A stretch of 64,000 bases of DNA, from assembly GCA_965242855.1 (NCBI GenBank), contig OZ251509.1, positions 126,869 to 190,868 on the forward strand. Reading direction: 5' to 3'. How positions within the stretch are numbered: position 1 is the first letter of the stretch; every line of letters starts with the position of its first letter. The position numbers and the translations under genes were made by a program. This DNA comes from Alphaproteobacteria bacterium. GTDB taxonomy: Bacteria; Pseudomonadota; Alphaproteobacteria; UBA828. This document shows, in pieces, positions 20,606 through 30,925 of the stretch. The notes under the pieces were generated by a model. That model was given only the letters and a program-made list of their open reading frames with translations. It searched no databases and had not been told where the DNA came from.

Positions 20606-21247
20606 CTACTCCTCCATCAGGACGTCGTGGGCCAGGCGGGCGACGACGGCGTCGAGACCCGCGCCGCTGCGGCAGTTCGTGACCAGCACGGGCTTGCCCG
20701 CGCGCACCGCCTCCGCCTCGCGCCGCATCGCCGGGAGGTCGACGCCGACATGGGGCGCCAGATCGCTCTTGTTGACGATCAGCAGGTCGGCCCGGACGAC
20801 GCCCGGGCCCCGCTTGCGCGGGATGTCGCCGCCGCCCGAGACGTCGATCACGAACAGCCAGTAATCGACCAGATCAAGGGAGAAGGTGGAGGCGAGGTTG
20901 TCGCCGCCGCTCTCGATCAGGATCAGGTCGAGCGGGCGCAGGTGCTCCTCCAGGCGGTCGGCCGCCTCGATGTTGAGGGTCGGGTCCTCGCGGATCACGG
21001 TATGCGGGCAGGCGCCCGCCTCCACCCCGACCACCCGATCCGGGGTGATCAGGCCGCCGCGCTGGAGCCGCTCGGCGTCCTCCCGGGTGACGAGATCGTT
21101 GGTCACGACGGCGAGCGCGGTGCCGCGGGCGGCGAAGAGCGGCAGCAGCCCCTCGATGAGGGCGGTCTTGCCCGAGCCGACCGGCCCGCCGATCCCGACC
21201 CGCGCGCAGCTCCCGGCCGCGCTTGCCCGCGCCGCGTCGTTCGTCAC
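20606..21247 (-). CDS. ureG: Urease accessory GTPase UreG
   Basis: [10 protein letters not shown] (P-loop), …[15 protein letters not shown]…[17 protein letters not shown]…[11 protein letters not shown]… diagnostic of UreG; start taken at in-frame GTG (VTNDAAR) overlapping ureE stop (GTGA). Confidence 0.8.
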   Translation of the reverse strand: MTNDAARASAAGSCARVGIGGPVGSGKTALIEGLLPLFAARGTALAVVTNDLVTREDAERLQRGGLITPDRVVGVEAGACPHTVIREDPTLNIEAADRLEEHLRPLDLILIESGGDNLASTFSLDLVDYWLFVIDVSGGGDIPRKRGPGVVRADLLIVNKSDLAPHVGVDLPAMRREAEAVRAGKPVLVTNCRSGAGLDAVVARLAHDVLMEE

Positions 21248-21702
21248 CCGCTCCCCCGCTCTTCGACCAGCCGCGCCCGGCCGTCCGCGAGATGGGCTTC
21301 GAGACGCGCCATGTAGCCCTCCCGCGCGCCGTCCAGCGCCACTTCGAGAAAGGCGCCCCGGAAGCGCACGCGCCAGTGCAGGTTGCCGCAGAAATAGCCG
21401 AGATCGAGCGCCGCCGCCACGTCCCGCGGCGCCAACGCGAGCCACGTCGTCTCGCGCATGCGGACGACCACGGCGCGCTCCTCCTCCAGCAGGAGCACCG
21501 CGCCGTCGGCCAGGCGCTGCGCGCGCGGGAGCGCGACCGCGCAGTCGGTCCCCTTGTCGGTCTTCATCCGCAGGCGCCGGCGCGCCGTGTCGGCCGCATC
21601 GAGGACGATGTACTCGACGCGGCCGGCATGGCCCAGCGCATGGAGCTTCTCGGCGAACGCGGCATCGGCCGCGCGGCCCAGGATCCGGTTCAGACGCAGC
21701 AT
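21244..21702 (-). CDS. ureE: Urease accessory metallochaperone UreE (no His-rich tail)
   Basis: …[58 protein letters not shown]… aligns with UreE core including the G-N-x-H metal-site motif. Confidence 0.7.
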   Translation of the reverse strand: MLRLNRILGRAADAAFAEKLHALGHAGRVEYIVLDAADTARRRLRMKTDKGTDCAVALPRAQRLADGAVLLLEEERAVVVRMRETTWLALAPRDVAAALDLGYFCGNLHWRVRFRGAFLEVALDGAREGYMARLEAHLADGRARLVEERGSG

Positions 21703-21845
21703 CGCCCGGGGCGCCTCCCTCGCCGCTCCAAGCCTACGGCCGTTCCCGCCGCCGGCAAGAGAGGGACACGAATTTGAATCCGTGAACCGCCGTCTTTTTT
21801 GGGGTAAGTAAGGGGCGCGGGGCCGCGCCGCGTCGAACGGGGAGG

Positions 21846-22724
21846 ATGCTTGTGAGCGATCTACGATACGAGGCGCCGGAGACGGTGGAGGCCGCGACCC
21901 GGCTCCTCGCCGATGCGGACGGCACGGCCCGGGCGCTGGCCGGCGGCACCGACCTCCTGGTGCAGCTGCACACCGGCGTCGTGCGACCCGCGCTCATCGT
22001 CGACCTGAAGCGTATCCCGGCGCTGACGCGCGTGGAGGCGGACGAGAGCGGCTTCCGAATTGGCGCCGCCGTGCCGGGCGCGGTGCTCGGCAAGAACGCC
22101 GCCGTCAAGGCGGCCTGGCCGGGCGTGGTCGAGGCGCTGGAACTGATCGGCTCGACCCAGATCCAGGGCCGTGCCTCGCTCGGCGGTAATTTGTGCAACG
22201 GTTCGCCCGCGGCCGACGCCGTCCCGGCGCTGATCGCCGCCGGCGCGACCTGCGAGGTGGCCGGCCCCGGCGGCAACCGCTCCGTGCCGGTGGAGGAGGT
22301 GGTCACGGGGCCCGGCAGGCTCTCCCTCGACAAGGGTGAAATCGTGGTGTCGTTCATCCTGCCCACGCCGCCGCCGCGCGCGGGCGACGCCTATCTTCGC
22401 TTCATCCCGCGGACCGAGATGGATATCGCGGTGGTCGGCGCCGGCGTCGCGCTCGCCCTGGACGAGGCGGGCATCTGCACCCATGCGCGGCTCGGCCTGG
22501 GCGCGGTCGCGCCGACGCCGCTGCTGGTCGAGGCGGGAGCGAAGGCGTTGATCGGCGGCGCCGTGGACGACGCCGCGCTGGCGCGCCTCGCCGCCGCCGC
22601 CTGCGCCGCCTGCGACCCGATCGACGACAAGCGCGGAACGGTCGAATACCGCATCAAGGTGGCGGGGGTGCTGGCGCGGCGCGCGGCGCGCGCCGCCCTC
22701 GAACGCGCGAGGGAGAAGCGATGA
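21846..22724 (+). CDS. Molybdo-hydroxylase FAD-binding medium subunit (CoxM/XdhB-like)
   Basis: AGGTDLLVQLH… FAD-binding PCMH domain, 292 aa, C-terminal CO_deh_flav_C-like region. Confidence 0.85.
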   Translation: MLVSDLRYEAPETVEAATRLLADADGTARALAGGTDLLVQLHTGVVRPALIVDLKRIPALTRVEADESGFRIGAAVPGAVLGKNAAVKAAWPGVVEALELIGSTQIQGRASLGGNLCNGSPAADAVPALIAAGATCEVAGPGGNRSVPVEEVVTGPGRLSLDKGEIVVSFILPTPPPRAGDAYLRFIPRTEMDIAVVGAGVALALDEAGICTHARLGLGAVAPTPLLVEAGAKALIGGAVDDAALARLAAAACAACDPIDDKRGTVEYRIKVAGVLARRAARAALERAREKR

Positions 22725-23227
22725 CGAAATACCACGTCTCCGCGACGGTCAACGGCGAGCCGGTGGAGTTCCTCTGCGCGGCCGAGCAGACCCTGCTCGA
22801 CGTCCTCCGGGACGAGCTCGACCTGACCGGCACCAAGGAGGGCTGCGCCACCGGCGATTGCGGCGCGTGCAGCGTGACCGTGGACGGACGGCTGGTCTGC
22901 GCCTGCCTGATGCTGGGCGCCGAGGCTCAGGGCCGCGCGATCGGCACCATCGAGGGCATGGCCGAGGGCGACAGGCTGCATCCGCTGCAACAGCGGTTCC
23001 TCGAGGACGCGGCGCTCCAATGCGGCGTCTGCACGCCGGGCTTCCTGGTCGCGGCGAAGGCGCTGCTCGACGAGAATCCCGACCCGACGGAGACGGAGGC
23101 CCGCTACTGGCTGGCCGGGAATCTCTGCCGCTGCACCGGGTACGACAAGATCATCCGGGCCGTGATGACGGTCGCGCGTTCACGCGCGCGGGGCCACGCG
23201 ACGGCCGCCGAGGCGAGAGGAGAATAG
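22721..23227 (+). CDS. Molybdo-hydroxylase (2Fe-2S)-binding small subunit (CoxS-like)
   Basis: CATGDCGACSV (plant-type [2Fe-2S]) and QCGVCTPG…CRCTGY (second [2Fe-2S]); translationally coupled. Confidence 0.9.
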   Translation: MTKYHVSATVNGEPVEFLCAAEQTLLDVLRDELDLTGTKEGCATGDCGACSVTVDGRLVCACLMLGAEAQGRAIGTIEGMAEGDRLHPLQQRFLEDAALQCGVCTPGFLVAAKALLDENPDPTETEARYWLAGNLCRCTGYDKIIRAVMTVARSRARGHATAAEARGE

Positions 23228-23230
23228 ACC

Positions 23231-25519
23231 ATGGCAACCGCCCAACCGGACACCCGCAACGGAAACGGCTCGCTCAAATACGTCGGCACGCGCCACGTCC
23301 GCCCGGACGGCGTCGACAAGGTCACCGGCCGGGCCAAATTCGGCGCCGATTTCGCGCTCCCCGGGATGCTGGTGGGCAGAGTCCTGCGCAGCCCGCACGC
23401 GCATGCGCGCATCCGCTCCATCGATACGGCGAAGGCGCGGGCGCTCCCCGGCGTGAAGGCGGTGGTGACCCGCGACGAGATGCCGGAAGTCCCCTCCCAG
23501 TGGGTGCCGGCCGGCGAGGTGCAGGTGAACTTCCGCGACATGTCGGAGAACGTCATGGCGCGCGGCAAGGCGCTTTACGACGGCCACGCGGTGGCGGCGG
23601 TGGCGGCGACCACGACGGCGGTCGCCAGGCAGGCGCTGGCGCTGATCGATGTCGACTACGAGGTGCTGCCGCACGTGATCGACGTGGAGGAGGCGATGAA
23701 GCCGGACGCCCCTCTGCTCCACGAGGACATGATCACGGAAGGCGTGGAGCCGACGCCCGACAAGCCCTCCAACGTCTTCAAGAAGGTCGCATTCGCGAGC
23801 GGCGACGTCGAGGCCGGCTTCGCGGCCGCCGACGCGGTGGTCGAGCGCGCGTTCACCACCAAGCCTGTCCACCAGGGCTATATCGAGCCTCACGCGGTGG
23901 TCGCGAGCGCGGGCGAGGACGGCCAGTGCCAGATCTGGTGCTCGACCCAGGGGCAGTTCACCGTGCGCGCCTACTGCGCCAACCTGCTCGGCATGGACAT
24001 GGCGGACATCCGGGTCACGCCGTCCGAGATCGGCGGCGGGTTCGGCGGCAAGACGGTCGTCTATCTCGAGCCGATCGCGCTCCGGCTGTCGCAGCTCGCG
24101 GGCCGGCCGGTCAAGATGGTGATGTCCCGCGCGGAGGTGTTCCGCGCCAGCGGCCCCACCTCCGGTGGCGCGGTGAAGATCAGGATGGGCGCCACGAAGG
24201 ACGGCCGGATCACCGCCGCCCGGGCTTGGCTCGCCTACCAGGCGGGGGCCTTCCCCGGCTCGCCGATCCAGCCCGGCTGCATGTGCGTGTTCGCGCCCTA
24301 CGACATCGAGAACGCCGAGGTCGTGGGCTACGACGTGGTGGTGAACCGCCCGAAGGTCGCGGCCTACCGCGCGCCGGGCGCGCCGATCTCCGAGTTCGCG
24401 GCCGAGGCCGTGATCGACGAGCTCGCCAAGAAGCTCGCCATCGACCCCGCCGAATTCCGTATCCGCAACGCGGCCAGGGAAGGGACGCGCGCGCTCTACG
24501 GCCCGAAATTCGGCCCCATCGGCTGCGTCGAAACCCTGGAGGCCGCCCGCGACAGCGACCACTACAGAACGCCGCTCGGGCCGAACCAGGGGCGCGGCAT
24601 CGCCACCGGCTTCTGGTTCAACATCGGCGGCGAATCCTGCGCCACCATCAACATCACCGAGGACGGCACGGCAACGGTGGTCGAGGGCAACCCGGACATC
24701 GGCGGCTCGCGCGCCTCGATCCAGCTCATGGCGGCGGAGGCCCTGGGGATCGCGCCCGACAAGGTACGGCCGCTGGTCGCCGACACGAGTTCGATCGGCT
24801 ACACCTTCCTCACCGGCGGCAGCCGCGTCACCTTCGCCACCGGTATGGCCGTCGTCGAGGCGGCGGGCCAGGTGGTGCAGGCGCTGCGGGAGCGGGCGGC
24901 GAAGATCTGGGAGATCCCGATCGAAGCGGTCGTCTGGGAGGACGGCCAAGCCAAGCCCGCGGGCAGCAACGCCGGCGCGTTCGAACCCATGAGCCTGGCC
25001 GAGATCGCCGCCCAGGCCGGCAAGACTGGAGGGCCGATCACGGCGACCGCCTCGATCAACGCGCAGGGCGCGGGGCCGGGCTTCGGCACCCATGTGTGCG
25101 ACGTCGAGGTCGATAAGGAGACCGGCCGGGTCACCGTCCTGCGCTATACCGCCGTGCAGGACGCCGGGCGCGCGGTGCATCCGAGCTACGTCGAGGGCCA
25201 GATCCAGGGCGGTGCCGCGCAGGGCATCGGCTGGGCGCTGAACGAGGAGTACATCTACGACGAGCGCGGGCGCCTCGAGAACCCGGGCTTCCTCGACTAC
25301 CGGATGCCGGTGGCCTCCGACCTGCCGATGATCGACGCGGTGATCGTCGAAGTGCCGAATCCGAACCACCCCTACGGGGTGCGCGGGGTCGGCGAAGTCC
25401 CGATCATCCCGCCGATGGCGGCGGTCGCGAACGCGGTCGAGAACGCCACCGGCGTGCGCATGACCGACCTGCCGATTTCGCCGCCGCGCCTGCTCGCCGC
25501 GCTCGACAACGGGGGCTGA
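23231..25519 (+). CDS. Xanthine dehydrogenase-family molybdopterin-binding large subunit (CoxL-like, form II-type)
   Basis: 762 aa; Ald_Xan_dh_C / MoCo-binding domains; active-site loop AAYRAPGAP resembles the AYRGAGR form II motif rather than VAYRCSFR of bona fide CO dehydrogenase. Confidence 0.85.
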   Translation: MATAQPDTRNGNGSLKYVGTRHVRPDGVDKVTGRAKFGADFALPGMLVGRVLRSPHAHARIRSIDTAKARALPGVKAVVTRDEMPEVPSQWVPAGEVQVNFRDMSENVMARGKALYDGHAVAAVAATTTAVARQALALIDVDYEVLPHVIDVEEAMKPDAPLLHEDMITEGVEPTPDKPSNVFKKVAFASGDVEAGFAAADAVVERAFTTKPVHQGYIEPHAVVASAGEDGQCQIWCSTQGQFTVRAYCANLLGMDMADIRVTPSEIGGGFGGKTVVYLEPIALRLSQLAGRPVKMVMSRAEVFRASGPTSGGAVKIRMGATKDGRITAARAWLAYQAGAFPGSPIQPGCMCVFAPYDIENAEVVGYDVVVNRPKVAAYRAPGAPISEFAAEAVIDELAKKLAIDPAEFRIRNAAREGTRALYGPKFGPIGCVETLEAARDSDHYRTPLGPNQGRGIATGFWFNIGGESCATINITEDGTATVVEGNPDIGGSRASIQLMAAEALGIAPDKVRPLVADTSSIGYTFLTGGSRVTFATGMAVVEAAGQVVQALRERAAKIWEIPIEAVVWEDGQAKPAGSNAGAFEPMSLAEIAAQAGKTGGPITATASINAQGAGPGFGTHVCDVEVDKETGRVTVLRYTAVQDAGRAVHPSYVEGQIQGGAAQGIGWALNEEYIYDERGRLENPGFLDYRMPVASDLPMIDAVIVEVPNPNHPYGVRGVGEVPIIPPMAAVANAVENATGVRMTDLPISPPRLLAALDNGG

Positions 25520-25546
25520 GGCGGTACGCTAGGCGCACGCTCCGGG

Positions 25547-26512
25547 GTGCCACGCGACGAGAGACAGGGCGACACGGAGGCGCGCATGGGCGCGCTCTTT
25601 GCGGAAGAGGCACCCGGGAGGCCGGCCGAGGCGTCGTCCGGACGGTGCGGAGGAGAGACGACATACGGGCGGGAATCCGTCCCCGACCCCCTCCAGCGCA
25701 AAGACAACTTGGCCTTCCTGCATGATTTGAGTCAGCACGGTGTGAGCGTGAAGCTCGTCGTCACCTCCCCGCCCTACAATCTCGGGAAGGACTACGAAGC
25801 CAGAACCTCGTTGGAGGACTACGTCGAGGCGCAGCGGCGTGTGATCGCCAAGTGCGTCCGGGTCCTGCATCCGCGCGGCTCACTCTGCTGGCAGGTGGGT
25901 AACTACGTCGCGGACGGGGAGATCACCCCACTCGACACCCTCCTCTATCCCGTGTTCCGGGACCAGGGGTTGAAGCTCCGCAACCGCATCGTCTGGCATT
26001 TTGGCCATGGCCTGCATTGCACGAAGCGACTCTCCGGCCGCTACGAGACGATCAACTGGTGGACCAAGGGCGACAACTATACGTGGAACCTGGACAATAT
26101 CCGCGTGCCGTCGAAATACCCCCACAAGCGGCACTTCAAGGGGCCGAACGCCGGCAAGCTCTCGGGCAACCCGAAGGGCAAGAACCCGAGCGACGTTTGG
26201 TCGTTCCCGAACGTCAAGAACAACCATCCGGAGAAGACGATCCACCCGTGCCAGTTCCCGGTCGAATTGGCGGAGCGTCTGGTGTTATCGATGACGGACC
26301 CGGGCGATGCTGTGCTCGACCCGTATATGGGCGTGGGCAGCACCATCATCGCCGCCCTGATGCACGGCCGCGCGGCCTACGGTTGCGACACCGTCCGCGA
26401 ATATGTGGAGATCGCGCGCGCGAGGGTGGAGCGGTTGCGGTCCGGCACCCTCCGCACCCGCCCGATGGGCAAGCCCATCTACGACCCGACCCTGCCCAGG
26501 GGCGGCCATTGA
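25547..26512 (+). CDS. Beta-class DNA methyltransferase (N4-cytosine/N6-adenine; M.BglII-like); true start may be internal (M14 at 25586 or later)
   Basis: Motif IV …LVVTSPPYNLGKDY… precedes motif I …VLDPYMGVGSTIIAA… (beta order: IV-TRD-I); GC drops from about 25690; N-terminal 45 codons are host-like GC-rich. Confidence 0.8.
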   Translation: MPRDERQGDTEARMGALFAEEAPGRPAEASSGRCGGETTYGRESVPDPLQRKDNLAFLHDLSQHGVSVKLVVTSPPYNLGKDYEARTSLEDYVEAQRRVIAKCVRVLHPRGSLCWQVGNYVADGEITPLDTLLYPVFRDQGLKLRNRIVWHFGHGLHCTKRLSGRYETINWWTKGDNYTWNLDNIRVPSKYPHKRHFKGPNAGKLSGNPKGKNPSDVWSFPNVKNNHPEKTIHPCQFPVELAERLVLSMTDPGDAVLDPYMGVGSTIIAALMHGRAAYGCDTVREYVEIARARVERLRSGTLRTRPMGKPIYDPTLPRGGH

Positions 26513-27123
26513 TGCGGATCGTGGATCACTATTCGCACTTGAATGGCGAGGAATATCTTTTGGTGCACCATCCGAAGTTGTGGGAAGAGGTGAAATCCGT
26601 GATCGGCGATGTCAACGCGGGGGCCTGTCGAACCAAGAAGTCGAAGGAGCGGCGTCGCAAAGACCAGTTGCTTTACTCTCCCCCAGACATGAACCGTGCC
26701 TTCAAGGCTGGCCTCAAGAAGCGGGGATGGAGCGAGCGTCGTAAAAACTTCTATGTGGCGGCTGACGAAAAGCTCATGCGGGCTATTCACGGAGAATCGG
26801 AGGAAAAACAGAAAAAAGTGATCAAGAAAGCCGGATACGAACCGATCATGTCCTATAACCAGACCGATTTCGTGAAGAACCGTGTCGCGGTCGAGGTTCA
26901 GTTCGGCAAGTATGCATTCGTCGCTCATGACCTGTTCGTCAAGCATTTGAGCTTCTATGTTTCGGATATCATCGACGTGGGAATCGAGATCCTTCCCATG
27001 AAGGAACTGGAGCGTGAAATGTCGTCGGGTGTCCCATATTACGAACGCGATTTGCTGAACGTCATTCGCCAAGGCAGGGGTGTGCCGGCAGTTCCACTCG
27101 TACTTGTCGGTGTCGCACCTTGA
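26513..27123 (+). CDS. BglII-family type II restriction endonuclease
   Basis: MRIVDHYSHLNGEEYLLVHHPKLWEEVKS… / …VAVEVQFGKYAFVAHDLFVKH… / …VPLVLVG… parallel R.BglII blocks (DYNHADEILNPQLWKEIEE; VEVQFSNYPFL…FHKS; VPIRLVG); ATG overlaps the MTase stop (TGATG); AT-richer codon usage. Confidence 0.7.
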
Positions 27124-27307
27124 TGTATGCGCTTGCTCGACAGTCGATGCATCTTCCGTTCAAAAGGCGTCCCACGGTGAGGCACCACGGCAAGCGCTTT
27201 ATCGGTCTTTCAGGTTTTCCAGGTCACGCGGTGCGTTGACAGCTTGAATGCGCCGCCGGACCGCACATGAGTGGAGCATGCGCACCGGGAGCGTCCCGAA
27301 CGCCGGC

Positions 27308-29085
27308 TCACCCTTCCAGTTCGTAGGCCTCGATGGCGGCGTCGCGGCCGCGCACGGGATAGCGGCCGCGGAACGCGAGGACGGCGCGCCCGGACGCGAG
27401 CGTCGCCGTTTCTCCGCTCAGCAGGATGGCGCACTCGCCGCCGCAGGACGCCTCCTTGCAGAACTGCTCGAGCCGCGCGGCGACGTTCACCGTGTCGCCG
27501 ATCAGCGTGTAGTTGACCCTGCCTTCCGCGCCGATGTTGCCGACGATCGCGGGCCCCGTGTGGATGCCGATCCGCATCGCGACCGCGTCGACCCCGGCCG
27601 CGCGGCGACGCGCGTTCTCCGCCGCAACGCTCGCGCGGATGGCGGCGGCGGCGCGCAGCGCCCGGTCGGCCGCGTTCGCGCCGTCCTCTTCCCAGAAGGC
27701 CATGAGCGAATCGCCGATATATTTGTCGACAGTGCCCCCCTCCGCTTCGACGCAGCCGACCAGGATGGAAAAGTGCGCGTTCAGGAGCCGCGCCACCTCC
27801 GCCGGCGGCATCCGCTCCGAAAGCGTCGAGAAACCCGCGATGTCCGTGAACATCACGGTCACCCGTTTTTCCTCCGAGACCACCGGTGCGTCGCGCGCGA
27901 CGAGGCGGCGGACGAGTTGCCGCGGCACGTAGGTTTCGAACCAGCGCAGGCCGGCAATCATCCTGTTGAAGGCGCGGGCGGCTTCGTCCAGCTCGCGCAC
28001 CCGGCTGGGCTTCAGCGGGGCGACGCGGCCGAATTCGAGCGCCGCCACCGAGCCCGCGGCCGCGGCGAGCGCCTTGACGGGGGCGCTGACGCGGCGGCCG
28101 AGGAAGACGGCGATGGCCACGCTCACCAGGATGACGACGCCGCCCGCGATGCCGGCCGCGACCAGCCGGTTCCACTCGACGCCGAGGCCGTCCTCCGGCC
28201 CCGCATAAATCCCCGCCGTCAACGGCACCCGGCCCAGGCCGTCGATCCTGGTGTGGATGAACCCGTATTCCTCGCCGTCGATCGTCACCACATGCCCGTT
28301 CACCCCTTCGGCGAGATCGATGAGCAACTCCCGGAAGTCCGGGCTGCGGAAACGGGCGAGGACGCGATCGCCCACCTCGTCCAGCCGCGGCAGGGGAACG
28401 TCGTCGTCCCGCCGGTAGGAGCCGCCCGCCATGTTGCGATGGGCGAGCACGTGGTCCTCGCCGTAGAGAACGAACAGGTTGCCGCCCAGGGAACCGGCGC
28501 CGGCCCCGGCGATGAATCGCGACAGGTCGCCGACGGTGACCGCCGACAGCAGCACGCCCAGATAGCGATCGCCTTCCCAGACCGGCGTCCGCACCGTGAG
28601 AAGCGTCGAGCCGACGAGCTCCTCCCACACCGCGCCGCTCCAGAACGGCCGGCGCGGGCGATCCCGCGCGGCGGCCAGGGTGGAGGCCAGCTCCGGGAGA
28701 TCGTCGACATGCGCTTCCTCGGATACGCCGCGCCCCCGGAGGACACGCACGACCCTGCCGTCGGCATGCACGAATCCCATGCCCAGGATCTGCCGGGCCG
28801 CCGCCGTCGTCGTCAGCAGCGCCTGGGCGAAGCGCGCGTCGTCGGCAGGGTCCAGCGCGCCGGACTCGATCATGCCGGCGATGTAGGAATTCGCATCCTC
28901 GACCGGCTGCAGATGGCCGCGGACCTCCCGCACGAACGAGGAGATGGCGAGATGCGCGCGGTCACCCAACAGCGCCAGCGTGTTCCTCTGGGCGGTCCAC
29001 ATGGAGATGCCCTGCACGAGCATCATGCCGACCAGGATCAGCAGCCCGAAGCCCGTCACCAGAACCGTCGTGATCGATGGCTTCA
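27308..29085 (-). CDS. Class III adenylate/guanylate cyclase with N-terminal TM-flanked periplasmic sensor domain and HAMP
   Basis: Start MKPSITTVLVTGFGLLILV (GGAGG RBS); …VTVMFTDIAGFSTLSE…YIGDSLMAFW…GIHTGPAIVGNIG…GDTVNVAARLE… cyclase motifs; upstream 470-aa extension of the 1062-aa ORF is rejected. Confidence 0.8.
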
Positions 29086-29136
29086 TCCGGAGGCCCCCTC
29101 CCCTCCATCGCGCCGCCCCTCGCCCTGGGGCTCGCG

Positions 29137-30873
29137 TCAGAGAGGCACGGTTCCGCGCTCCCGCGGGGGGACGAGGAAGTCGAGGTCGCAGCCGCGGTCG
29201 GCCTGTTCGACATGGGCCAGATGGAGGGCGAGGTAGCCGCGTTCGCCGCCGGGCGGCGGCGGCGGCGGGCGCCAAGCCGCGGCGCGCGCGTCCAGGGTCT
29301 CTTGCGGGATGTCCAGCACGAGCGACCGCGCCGCCACGTCGAGCGCGATCGAATCGCCGGTCTCGACCAGAGCGAGCGGCCCCCCGACCGCCGCCTCGGG
29401 GCTGGCGTGGAGCACCACGGTGCCGAAGGCGGTGCCGCTCATGCGGGCGTCCGAGATGCGCACCATGTCCTTGACGCCGGCCGCGGCGAGCTTGCGGGGA
29501 ATCGGGATGTAGCCGGCCTCCGGCATCCCCGGCGCGCCTCTGGGCCCGGCGTTGCGCAGGACCAGGACGTCGTCCGGGGTCACGTCGAGCGCGGGGTCGT
29601 CGATCCGCGCCGTCACGTCGGCCACCGAGTCGAAGACCACGGCGCGCCCGGTGTGGCGGCAGAGGGCGGGCGTGGCCGCGGACTGCTTGACGATGGCGCC
29701 GCCCGGCGCGAGGTTGCCGCGCAGCACGGCGATGCCGCCCTCCGGGTGGATCGGGTCGCCGCGCCCGCGCACCACCGCCTGTGCCCAGGGGGCGGGGGCG
29801 GCTTCGATCTCCGCGCCGAGGGTGCGGCCGGTCACGGTCATGCAGTCGAGATGGAGCCGGGGCGCCAGCGCGCGCAGCACGGGCGCCAGGCCGCCGGCCC
29901 GGTTCAGGTCCTCCATGTAGTGGCGGCCGGAGGGCTTGAGGTCCACCAGCACCGGCGTCTCCCGGCCGAGCCGGTCGAGGGCGTCCAGGTCGAAGGCGAA
30001 GCCGAGGCGCCCGGCGAGGGCCGCGAGATGGATCACGGCGTTGGTCGAGCCGCCGATCGCGAGCATCACCCGGAGCGCGTTGGTGAGGGCGGCCGGAGTC
30101 AGGATGCGGTCTGGCGTCAGCCTCTCGGCGGCGAGGGCCACGGCGCGGGCGCCGGTCTCGCGGGCGATGCGGAAGCGGTCGGCGAGCACCGCCGGAATCG
30201 CCGCGCCGCCCGGCAGCATCATGCCGAGGGCCTCGGTGACGCAGGCCATGGTGCTCGCCGTCCCCATCACCATGCAGGTCCCGGCCGAGGGCATGAGCCG
30301 GCCGCCGATCTCGTCGATCTCCGCCTCGTCGATCCGCCCGCCCCGATGCTCGCTCCAGTAGCGGCGGCAATCGGTGCAGGCGCCCAGCCGCTCGCCCCGA
30401 TGGCTGCCGGTCAGCATCGGGCCGGTGACCAGATGAATGGCCGGGCGGTTGGCGCTCGCGGCGGCCATGAGCTGGGCCGGCACGGTCTTGTCGCAACCGC
30501 CGATCAGCACCACGGCGTCGAGCGGATGCGCGCGGATCATCTCCTCCGTGTCCATCGCCATGAGGTTGCGGAAGAGCATGGTCGTCGGGTTCATGAAGGG
30601 TTCGCCGAGCGCGATCGTCGGGAAGGCCAGCGGCAGCCCGCCGGCGGCCAGCACGCCGCGCTTTACCGCCTCCACCAGCTGCGGCACGGTGCCGTGGCAG
30701 CTCACAAGGTCGCCCGCCACCGAGGCGATGCCGATCACCGGCCGATCCAGTTCAGCCTCGGTGTAGCCCATCGACTTCGCGAACGCCTTGCGCAGGAACA
30801 GTGAGAAGGCGGGATCGCCGTAATCGGTGAGCGCGCGCCCGAGCCCGGTCGCGTCTTTCGTCGTTTTCGCCAT
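29137..30873 (-). CDS. IlvD/EDD-family dehydratase (dihydroxy-acid / sugar-acid dehydratase)
   Basis: 578 aa from MAKTTKDATGLG; CDK…(C-x-x-…GTC) [2Fe-2S] ligands …GGCDKTVP…SAGTCMVMGTASTM…, C-terminal …RMSGTAFG…. Confidence 0.85.
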   Translation of the reverse strand: MAKTTKDATGLGRALTDYGDPAFSLFLRKAFAKSMGYTEAELDRPVIGIASVAGDLVSCHGTVPQLVEAVKRGVLAAGGLPLAFPTIALGEPFMNPTTMLFRNLMAMDTEEMIRAHPLDAVVLIGGCDKTVPAQLMAAASANRPAIHLVTGPMLTGSHRGERLGACTDCRRYWSEHRGGRIDEAEIDEIGGRLMPSAGTCMVMGTASTMACVTEALGMMLPGGAAIPAVLADRFRIARETGARAVALAAERLTPDRILTPAALTNALRVMLAIGGSTNAVIHLAALAGRLGFAFDLDALDRLGRETPVLVDLKPSGRHYMEDLNRAGGLAPVLRALAPRLHLDCMTVTGRTLGAEIEAAPAPWAQAVVRGRGDPIHPEGGIAVLRGNLAPGGAIVKQSAATPALCRHTGRAVVFDSVADVTARIDDPALDVTPDDVLVLRNAGPRGAPGMPEAGYIPIPRKLAAAGVKDMVRISDARMSGTAFGTVVLHASPEAAVGGPLALVETGDSIALDVAARSLVLDIPQETLDARAAAWRPPPPPPGGERGYLALHLAHVEQADRGCDLDFLVPPRERGTVPL

Positions 30874-30925
30874 CGCGCCGTCCGCTACGCCGCCGACGCG
30901 GCCCTCTCGCTCCTGCGGCGGGCGA

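Noticed and set aside
20471-21316. 281-aa plus-strand ORF opposite ureG/ureE
   Set aside because: Antisense to two motif-rich genes; translation is low complexity.
27308-30496. 1062-aa ORF spanning the cyclase and the ilvD-like region
   Set aside because: Same issue: the cyclase starts at MKPSITT (29085) with a good RBS. The upstream extension overlaps the IlvD/EDD gene in another frame.
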